DNA of 20,009 nucleotides from Malacoraja senta (Eukaryota): contig JAXLNO010000433.1 of the NCBI GenBank assembly GCA_038087875.1, positions 62,001-82,009 of the forward strand, given 5' to 3'. A model generated the notes under the pieces. It was given only the letters and a program-made list of their open reading frames with translations. It made no database searches and had not been told where the DNA came from. Shown here one piece after another: positions 1 through 7,859 of the stretch. The translations under genes and the position numbers were made by a program. The stretch's first letter is position 1, and the number at the start of each line of letters is the position of its first letter.

Positions 1-1230
1 AGTGGTGAAATCATTGGACAAAGTCAGCATGGATTTACGAAAGGTAAATCATGTCTGACGAATCTTATAGAATTTTTTGAGGATGTAACCAGTAGAGTGG
101 ATAGGGGAGAACCAGTGGATGTGTTGTATCTGGACTTTCAGAAGGCTTTCGACAAGGTACCACATAAGAGATTAGTATACAAACTTAAAGCACACGTTAT
201 TGGGGGTTCAGTATTGATGTGGATAGAGAACTGGCTGGCAAACAGGAAGCAAAGAGTAGGAGTAAACGGGTCCTTTTCACAATGGCAGGCAGTGACTAGT
301 GGGGTACCGCAAGGCTCAGTGCTGGGACCCCAGCTATTTACAATTTATATTAATGAACTGGATGAGGGAATTGAAGGCAACATCTCCAAGTTTGCGGATG
401 ACACTAAGCTGGGGGGCAGTGTTAGCTGTGAGGAGGATGCTAGGAGACTGCAAGGTGACTTGGATAGGCTGGGTGAGTGGGCAAATGTTTGGCAGATGCA
501 GTATAATGTGGATAAATGTGAGGTTATCCACTTTGGTGGCAAAAACAGGAAAGCAGACTATTATCTAAATGGTGGCCGATTAGGAAATGGGGAGATGCAG
601 CGAGACCTGTGTGTCATGGTACACCAGTCATTGAAAGTAGGCATGCAGGTGCAGCAGGCAGTGAAGAAAGCGAATGGTATGTTAGCTTTCATAGCAAAAG
701 AATTTGATTATAGGAGCAGGGATATTCTACTGCAGTTGTACGGGGTCTTGGTGAGACCACACCTGGAGTATTGCGTACAGTTTTGGACTCCAAATCTGAG
801 GAATGACATTATAGCCATAGAGGGAGTGCAGAGAAGCTTCACCACACTGATTCCTGGGATGTCAGGACTTTCATATGAAGAAAGACTGGATAGACTTGGC
901 TTATACTCGCTAGAATTTAGCAGATTGAGAGGGGATCTTATAGAAACGTACAAAATTCTTATGGGGTTGGACAGGCTAGATGCAGGAAGATTGTTCCCGA
1001 TGTTGGGGAAGTCCAGGACAAGGGGTCACAGCTTAAGGATAAGGGGGAAATCCTTTAAGACCGAGATGAGGAAAAACTTTTTCACGCAGAGAGTGGTGAA
1101 TCTCTGGAATTCTCTGCCACAGAGGGTAGTTGAGGCCAGTTCATTGGCTATATTTAAGAGGGAGTTAGATGTGGCCCTTGTGGCTAAGGGGATCAGGGGG
1201 TATGGAGAGAAGGCAGGTACGGGATACTGA
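1..1230 (+). CDS. CR1 ORF2 reverse transcriptase, partial (open from base 1 to stop at 1228-1230)
   Basis: Frame 1 reads SGEIIGQSQHGFTKGKSCLTNLIEFFEDVTSRVD into ORF 97..1230 without stops; the catalytic FADD motif is present. Confidence 0.85.
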   Translation, partial: SGEIIGQSQHGFTKGKSCLTNLIEFFEDVTSRVDRGEPVDVLYLDFQKAFDKVPHKRLVYKLKAHVIGGSVLMWIENWLANRKQRVGVNGSFSQWQAVTSGVPQGSVLGPQLFTIYINELDEGIEGNISKFADDTKLGGSVSCEEDARRLQGDLDRLGEWANVWQMQYNVDKCEVIHFGGKNRKADYYLNGGRLGNGEMQRDLCVMVHQSLKVGMQVQQAVKKANGMLAFIAKEFDYRSRDILLQLYGVLVRPHLEYCVQFWTPNLRNDIIAIEGVQRSFTTLIPGMSGLSYEERLDRLGLYSLEFSRLRGDLIETYKILMGLDRLDAGRLFPMLGKSRTRGHSLRIRGKSFKTEMRKNFFTQRVVNLWNSLPQRVVEASSLAIFKRELDVALVAKGIRGYGEKAGTGY

Positions 1231-1329
1231 GTTGGATGATCAGCCATAATCATATTGAATGGCGGTGCAGGCTCGAAGGGCCGAATGGCCTACTCCTGCA
1301 CCTATTTTCTATGTATCTATGTATCTATG
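1..1329 (+). mobile_element. CR1-clade LINE, 3' portion (RT, C-terminus, 3' UTR and tail); continues upstream of the window
   Basis: RT motifs YLDFQKAFDKV, SGVPQGSVLGP, KFADDTK; CR1 C-terminal motifs VRPHLEYCVQFW and RVVNLWNSLP; 3' UTR GGGCCGAATGGCCT hairpin region followed by the octamer tail TTCTATG-TATCTATG-TATCTATG. Confidence 0.95.
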
Positions 1330-1449
1330 AAACTATAGAGGAACTCAGACATAGCATTCAGAACACTTTTAGATTGATTCAACCTGTGAATGCACTGCAC
1401 GAGCTGAGAAAGGAATACAAAGTGTTTTCCATCCAAGCAACATAACGAG
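1330..1449 (+). other. Candidate IFIT promoter remnant and exon 1 ending at splice donor 1450 (ACGAG|GTAAGG)
   Basis: Short apparently non-repetitive island with a strong donor GAG|GTAAGG. The phase (ACG AG|C AGC AGA ATG) joins in frame to the acceptor at 7852, matching the two-exon IFIT architecture in which exon 1 supplies only ATG-AG. The 5' boundary is unknown. Confidence 0.45.
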
Positions 1450-1867
1450 GTAAGGAACATTCCTACTGTGTCTATGTTTACCTGCAGATTATTATTGAGA
1501 ATATGGTTTACTGAAAATTAGTGGATCAAATTGCAATTAATTTGAACAACTCAGAATGGTAACGGTAGTTTAGTTTAGAGATACAATATGGAAACAGGCC
1601 CTTTGGCCCTCCGAGTCCACACCACCCATTCGCTCGTTTGAGAGTCAAGAGTGTTTTATTGTCATATGTCCCACATTGAAACAGAAATTCTCATCAGCAA
1701 AACATTAATCCATTCTTGATGCCTGAATCATTGTAAGTTTCTTCCTCCTCAGATACTGCCTCCACGAACTTGTGGTTTCGATACTGCTGAGTAATTCCAG
1801 GTTTTTACTGTTTTTGTTATAGACATTGACATAGAACAGTACATCACAGGAAAACAATTGGCCCCTG

Positions 1868-1996
1868 GAAATTGCTCCTAGTGTGTAGGCAGTGGATGCG
1901 AATGTAGGATAACAGAACTAGTGTGCAAGGATGATCGATGATTGGTGTTGATGTAGTGAGCTGAAGGATCTGTTACCGTGCTATATGTCTAAACTC
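1868..1996 (+). mobile_element. HE1-like SINE 3' half (elasmobranch, CR1-tailed), degenerate
   Basis: CTAGTGTGTAGG...GATAACAGAACTAGTGTG...GATCGATG...GAAGGATCTGTTACCGTGCTATATGTCTAAAC resembles the shark/ray SINE 3' region (recognised from memory). Confidence 0.55.
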
Positions 1997-2250
1997 TCAA
2001 CTAATTCCTTTTTCTGCACAAGCTCCATATCTCCCCATTCCCTACATATTCACGTCTATCAAAAAAACTCTAAAATGCCACTATCATATCTGCTTCCTTC
2101 ACTAGCCTTGGTATATTGCAGGCACCGACTACTCTCTGTATATAAACTAGCCCTTACATCTCCTTTAAACATTCTTCACCTCACATAATAGCTATGCCCT
2201 CCAGGATTTGGTATTTCCACCCTGGGACAATGGTTCTGACTATTTACCTT
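1997..2250 (-). mobile_element. Old CR1 LINE 3' fragment
   Basis: Reverse complement resembles the CR1 ORF2 C-terminus and 3' region (compare 10880-11110); tail-like ACATAGAACAGTAC at about 1829 lies on the other side of the SINE. Confidence 0.55.
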
Positions 2251-2859
2251 AGTCGGTGCAGCCATTCCTGTTTTTTGCTAAATTCCAGAAACACCCTGAC
2301 ATTCCTGACACCCTGACATTCCTGACACCCTCTCACGGGCACCTCGCCCAACCTGCGAAAAACACCTGTCTGATGATGAGCACGGTTATGATGGTCTCCT
2401 GCCTCCCATCTGCCGGTTTAGACATCCTAGTGTCACAAACAACCTTTGGGTCCCATTGTCACATGGGATTCCTGGTCCCCAACACAATATTCCACCACTC
2501 ACACTTAGACCCCAACTGCGCAGGCGCGGCTGACGGGTTCCCTTTGCGATGCTCCTGATCCTCCCCTCACCTCCCCCCCCACTTTGCCCCTTACCCTTCC
2601 CACCCACAAACTCACTCCATCCCCCCTTAACCCCCCCCCATCCACTCTCAGCAGCTCTCCAGCATCGCAGCCATTCCCTCCCATTGGGTTCCCATTGTGA
2701 TATAGAACAAACAGGTATTACTACACAGGTGCAGCTGACGGGCACGGCAAATGGAAAAGGGATTTATTAAAGCTCAAATGTGAATAACTCTTAAAATATA
2801 ACAACAAGTTAAACGTTAAAGATGTGTCCATTTGCTCTTGTTGAGTCTCTTGTTGTGTT

Positions 2860-3695
2860 CTGCAGCCGGGGGAGGGAGATAGCTTCAGGCGGGGGCTGTC
2901 AGGGACCGGTGGGGGAGTGTCCTGCAGCCAGGGGAGGGGCACGGCTTCAGGCAGGGGCTGTCGGAGGCCACGTACCGCTGTCGTGGCCTACCGCTGTCGT
3001 GGCATAACGTTGCCTATGCGTGTCGCTGCCGTGGCCTACCTCTGCCACTGCCAACCTCTGCCGCTTCCTACCCCTGCTGCTGCCATGGCTTGCCGCTGCT
3101 GCTGCCGCTGCCACTGCCACTCCCTATCGCTGGCGCTGCCTCTTCGGGGGCTGTCGGGGGCCGATGGGGTGAGTGAGCGTCCTGCAGCTGGGGTAGGGGG
3201 GTTGCTTAAGATGGGGGCTACTGGGGGTGAGGGGAGGGTCCTGCATCTGGCGGAGGGGGTCGGCTTGAGGTGGGGGCTGTCGAAGGCGGGTAGGGTGGGG
3301 GGTAGCGTCTGGCAGCCAGGGGAGGGTATGGCTTCCAGAGGGGGCTGGTGGGCGGGAGCGTCCTGCAGCGGGGGAGGGGGACGGATTCAGGCGTGTGGTG
3401 TCAGGGGCCGGTGGGCGGGGGGAGCATCCTGCAGCTGGGGAGGGGGACGGCTTCAGGCGGGGGCCAGTGGGGGTGGTGGGAGCGCCTGCAACCGGCGGAG
3501 GGGGTATGTCTTCAGGCAGGGGCAGTCGAGGGCTGGTGGGGGGGAAGGAAAATTCCTGCAGCCAGGGCAGGAGGATGCCTTCAGGAGGGACCAGTCAGGG
3601 GCGAGGTGGGGAGGAGGGCGGGAGGCATCTGATGCCATGGGAGGGGAACGGCTTCAGGTAGGGGCTGGTGGGTGGGGTGGAGAGTCCTGCAGTTA
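2860..3695. repeat. Degenerate G-rich minisatellite (about 55-62 bp unit, roughly a dozen copies) interrupted by a GCC/GCT-rich tract at about 2975-3140
   Basis: Recurring GGGGAGCGTCCTGCAGC(C)GGGGGAGGGG-ACGGCTTCAGGCGGGGGCTG core. Confidence 0.8.
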
Positions 3696-3959
3696 GTGAC
3701 GGGATTGGCTTTCTGGAGGGCTAGTACAGATTTTGTGCACTGAAGGGACTGGTTTCCTGAGAACTAGTACGGACATTGTGGGCCGAATGGTCTGCAGCTG
3801 GAGACAGCGACGGCTTCTGACGGGCCTGTCGAGGGCTGCTGGTGAGGGTTTGAGGGGAGCTCTACCGTGGCCTTCCGCAGCCATGGACTATCACTACTGT
3901 GGCCCACCACTGCTGCTCCCCACCAGCTTCAGGCAGCTTGGGACGGGGACAGTTCCTGG

Positions 3960-4140
3960 CCCCAGCCTCACGCAGCGGCTCCCGGCCCCGACTCCGACCC
4001 CGTCTGCACACAGCGGCTCCCGGCCCCGGCCTCACTCAGTGGCTCACGGCCTCACTCGGCTCCCCCGGCACCAATCAGCGGCTCCCAGCTCCACTCAGCT
4101 GCTCACGGCTCCCAGCTCCACTCAACGTCTCCTGGCTCGT
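3960..4140. repeat. C-rich degenerate short tandem repeat
   Basis: Repeated CAGCGGCTCCCGGCCCCG / CGGCTCCCAGCTCCACTCA units. Confidence 0.7.
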
Positions 4141-4989
4141 CGTGGTGATCCCCGCAGACACAGACCCCACTCACTCTCCACACTCTGCTCACTCTCCTCC
4201 TTCAGCTTTGTTCTCCTCGCCGCCGGTGATTGACAGCGGGTACAGGAAGGGGCGTCGCCGTCCCGGCAAATGACAGGAGAGAAGACAAATCTGCTGACAG
4301 AAGAGGAGACCAATCTGCGCATGAGCAGTTTTTACGATATTTAAACCTTAATAACTTTTGTAATATTCCACCGATCGGAACAAAACTTGGTGGATTTGCA
4401 GCGCAAACCGAAAGAGGACAAGATGAGAGTTTTAGTTATGTATATAGAAATAATAGAATATAGACAGATAGAAGATAGATAGAAGATGCCATGACCGATG
4501 AAGACTTTGACCACGCTATCCACCTACGTTGCCACTTTCTGGGAGTTAAACGTAAAGATCCCTCCTCAGACTCCGTCATCCTCTGATGACAAGCGTAATA
4601 TTCCTCTTATCCTTGTGCAGTCTTACCTACTCCTTAATTACCCTCTTGTCTTTAATGTATAGGATAGATAGGAAAGGTTTAGAGGGATATGGACCAAAAT
4701 GCTCAAAATAACAGGGGGAATGTGTGGATGTAGGCAGGTTACTGAATGAGTACTTTGGTACCAAATTGGCTCTATGGGACTTTGGTGAAGCTACATTTGA
4801 AGTACCGCATGCTCTTCTGGTTCCCCCCGATACAGGAAGGATGTACTGTTGCAGTTACTCTTGCAGTGTTAGCAACAGTCAATGTTGGGGAAGTTAAAGC
4901 CACCCACTATTACAACAATGTTGCTTTGAAACCTTTGTATAATATGTCTACAAATCTGTTCCTCTACCCCCCTGGTTATCAGGATGCCT

Positions 4990-6195
4990 ATAGTACTATC
5001 CCGTCATAATGACTGCACCTTCCTTATTGTTTACCTCAACCACATTTCCTCAGTGTATGTATTCTCCAATGGGTCATTCCTGTGTACAGCTGTGACATTC
5101 TACCTTATTAATAGTGCAACTCCTCCACCTCCTTTACCTCCCTCTCTATCATGTGTGAAACATCAAAACCTTGAAGCATGAAACTGCCAGTCCTGTCCCT
5201 TTCACAACCTAATGACTATAATGTTGTAATGGTCACAACATCATCCTTCTATACAGGCTCCAGGCTGATTCCCTGCCACAGAGGGCAGTGGAAGCCAAAT
5301 CACTGGATGGATTTAAGAGAGAGTTAGATAGAGCTTTAGGGGCTAGTGGAATCAAGGGATATGGGGAGAAGGCAGGCACGGGTTATTGATTGGGGATGAT
5401 CAGCCATGATCACAATGAATGGCGGTGCTGGATCGAAGGGCCGAATGGCCTCCTCCTGCACCTATTTTCTATGTTTCTATGATTAAGGCTCTAAGCTCAA
5501 CCCCTTTGTCCAAAATACTACTTGCATTGAAATAAACTCTGCTCAGCCCCTCAGCCTCACCATGTTCATTAACCTGTCCCTGATTGTCCTTTCTTTGGGT
5601 TTTTCTTTTCATAATCTCCATCTACCCATTAGTCTCTCCACTTGCTGACCTGCTGCTCCATTTCCCACCTCACTGACACTCTAGTTTAAATTCCATCGAG
5701 TAGCACTAGAATACTTTCCTATGAGATATTGGGTTCCTACCACTTCAGGAGAAACTAATCCTTCTTGTATGTGTCTCACCTACCCTTAAAGGGAGCCCAA
5801 TGATGAATATACCTGACGCACTCCCTCCTGCACAATCTCCTCAGCCATGTATAGAACTTTCTATTTCTTGCCTCATTAGCACGTGGTATGGGTAGCAATT
5901 TGAGGTTACAACATAGATGGTGTAGACAGAACCTTTTTCCCAGGATGGAAATGTCCAACACTACGACATGGCTATAAGGTGAGAGGGGGGTCCTGGACAA
6001 CCTGGAGGTCCTACACTTAACCTACTACCCAACTCCCAAAATTGCAGGACCTCATCTCCCTTCCTAAATATGTCATTGCCACCAACATGGACAATCAATT
6101 CTGGGGACTTACCCTCCCCTCTCAGAATATCAAATGTTCTCTCCCAGTCATCATTGACTCTAGCATCAGAGAGGCAACACACCATCCAAGAGACT
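4990..6195 (-). mobile_element. Old CR1 fragment spanning the ORF1 esterase and the start of the ORF2 endonuclease
   Basis: Minus ORF 5961..6185 MVCCL..ARV..DILRGEGKSPELIVHVGGNDI is homologous to the ORF1 GxND block at about 14290. GGKGGGVALLIR (about 5102-5140) and YFNASSIL (about 5515-5537) are APE motifs. Interrupted by younger inserts. Confidence 0.75.
5269..5481 (+). mobile_element. 5'-truncated CR1 3' end (about 210 bp), a related subfamily nested in the older CR1
   Basis: Colinear with about 1110-1329 but clearly diverged; ends CCTATTTTCTATGTTTCTATG. Confidence 0.9.
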
Positions 6196-6321
6196 TGCCT
6201 GGAGACTGCTTCAATTCAGTTAGAAAATAAGCAAATGCAGCTATGCAATTTCATTCAAACCATGTGTTTGAATAACAATAAAAGGCATTCTATTCTATTC
6301 TATTGTCTAATCTGCTGACTA

Positions 6322-6538
6322 TAGTGCATTCAGAAAGTATTCAGACCCCTTCACTTTTTCCACATTTTGTTACGTTACAGCCTTATTTTAAAATGGATTC
6401 AATTATTTTTCTTATCATCAATCTACACGCAATGCCCCGTAATAAAAAAGCGAAAACAGGTGTTTAGAAATGTTTGAAAAGTAATTAAAAATAAATAACT
6501 GTGATATCACATTTACATAAGTATTCAGACCCTTTGCT
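6322..6538 (+). repeat. Left terminal inverted repeat (about 217 bp) with outer and inner direct repeats
   Basis: AAGTATTCAGACCC occurs at about 6336 and 6519; the reverse complement matches 7561-7778. Confidence 0.9.
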
Positions 6539-6720
6539 ATGACACTCAAAATTGAGCTTGGGTTCATCCTGTTTACATCGATTATCCTTGAGATGTTTCT
6601 ACAACTTGATTGGAGTCCACCAGTGGTAAATTAAATTGATTGGACATGAATTTGAATGGCACACACCTGTCTATATAAGGTCCCACAGTTGACAGTGCAT
6701 GTCAGAGCAAAAACTAAGCC

Positions 6721-7561
6721 ATAAAGCTGAATGAATTGTCCGTAGACCTCAGAGACAGGATTGTGTTGAGACACAGATCTGGGGAAGAGTATAAAAATGT
6801 CTGCAGCATTGCAGGTCCCGAAGAGCACAGTGGCCTATATCATTCTTAAATGTCAGAACTTTGGAACCACCTTCATAGAGCTGACTGCCCGGCCAAACTG
6901 AGCAATTGGGGGAGAAGGGCATTGGTCAAGGTGATTGGTCAGGTGTCAGGTGCCAAGGGCATTGGTCAGGTGACCAAGAACCTGATGGTCACTCTGACAG
7001 AGATCCAGAGTTCCTCTTTGGAGATGGGAGAACTTACCAGAAGGACAACTATATCTGCAGTTCTCCACCAATCCAGCATTTATGGTAGACTATCCGGACG
7101 GAAGCCACTCCTCAGTAAAAGGCACATGACAGCCCGCTTGGATCGAGGGGAAAATGAACAGACTAGTCAGGATCGAGGGGAAAATGAACAGAGCAAAGTG
7201 CAGAGAGATCCTTGATGAAAACCTGCTCCAGAGCGTTCTGGACCTCAAACTGGAGCGGAGGTTCACCTTCCACCAGAACAACGACCCTAAGCACACAGCC
7301 AAGACAATGCAGGAGTGGCTCCATGACAAGTCTGTGAATGTCCTTGAGTGCCCCAGCCAGAGCCTGGACTTGAACCCATTCGAACATCTCTGGAGGGACC
7401 TGAAAATAACTGTGCATTGATGCCCCTGAGAGAGCTTGAGAGGATCTGCAGAGAAGAATAGTAAAAATTACCCAAATACAAGTGTGCCAAGCTTGTAGCA
7501 TCATACCCAAGAAGACTTGAAGGCTGTAATCGCAGCCAAAGGTGCCTCAACAAAACAATGA
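6721..7561 (+). pseudogene. Tc1 DD34E transposase pseudogene
   Basis: Presumed start codon reads ATA. PAKLS, RKPLLSKRH, FTFHQNNDPKHTAK (catalytic D>N) and SQSLDLNPFEHLW motifs are present. Frameshifts, stops and an internal deletion remove the first catalytic D. Confidence 0.9.
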
Positions 7562-7778
7562 GTAAAGGGTCTGAATACTTATGTAAATGTGATATTTCAG
7601 TTCTTTCTATTTAATTTCTTTCCAAAAATATCTGAACACCTGTTTTCGCTTATTTATTATGGGGTTTTGTGTGTAGATTGATGATAAAAAACAAAAAATT
7701 AATTAATTTTATAATAAGGCTGTAACGTAACAAAATGTGGAAAAAGTGAAGGGGTCTGAATACTTTCTGAATGCACTA
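7561..7778 (-). repeat. Right terminal inverted repeat (about 218 bp)
   Basis: GGGTCTGAATACTT occurs at about 7567 and 7753; mirror image of 6322-6538. Confidence 0.9.
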
Positions 7779-7816
7779 TATTTGTGAGATTGAGGGACAG
7801 ACCAGTTTCAGGTGGT

Positions 7817-7858
7817 CTGACATGGAATTTGATGAATTTTCTTCTTTTACAGCAGCAG
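7817..7858 (+). promoter_or_regulatory. Branch point, polypyrimidine tract and tandem 3' splice acceptors of the IFIT coding exon
   Basis: CTGAC at 7817-7821, TTTTCTTCTTTTA, then CAG CAG CAG at 7850-7858, immediately before the in-frame ATG at 7860. Confidence 0.75.
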
Positions 7859-7859
7859 A

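Larger units (their letters stand above)
2440..4487 (-). mobile_element. Putative non-autonomous Helitron-like element
   Basis: Right end reads TCTATATACATAACTAAAAC on the minus strand (Helitron-type 5' TC start) with an adjacent GATAGA-type microsatellite and the subterminal motif CCGATCGGAACAAAACTTGG. The left end has a hairpin TCCCAT-tgtcac-ATGGGA near a CTAG at 2427, but the 3' terminus is not clean. Confidence 0.4.
6322..7778 (+). mobile_element. Tc1/mariner DNA transposon of the IR/DR type, defective, with TA target-site duplication (6320-6321, 7779-7780)
   Basis: Inverted termini TAGTGCATTCAGAAAGTATTCAGACCCCTTCACTTTTTCCACATTTTGTTACGTTACAGCCTTATT at both ends; transposase remnants inside. 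Confidence 0.96.

Noticed and set aside
299..1445. Short overlapping and antisense ORFs in CR1 (mirrored at 10841-13965)
   Set aside because: Shadow frames shared only because the two copies are nearly identical.
2917..4273. Long Gly/Pro/Ala-rich ORFs (2917..3696, 3733..4233, 3899..4273)
   Set aside because: By-products of GC-rich, stop-poor tandem repeats, with no recognisable domain.
5856..5867. ISRE-like GAAATAGAAAGT (minus strand), and a similar motif at 16491-16500
   Set aside because: Both lie in or beside decayed retroelement sequence with no nearby exon-1 signal; such motifs are expected by chance in AT-rich DNA.
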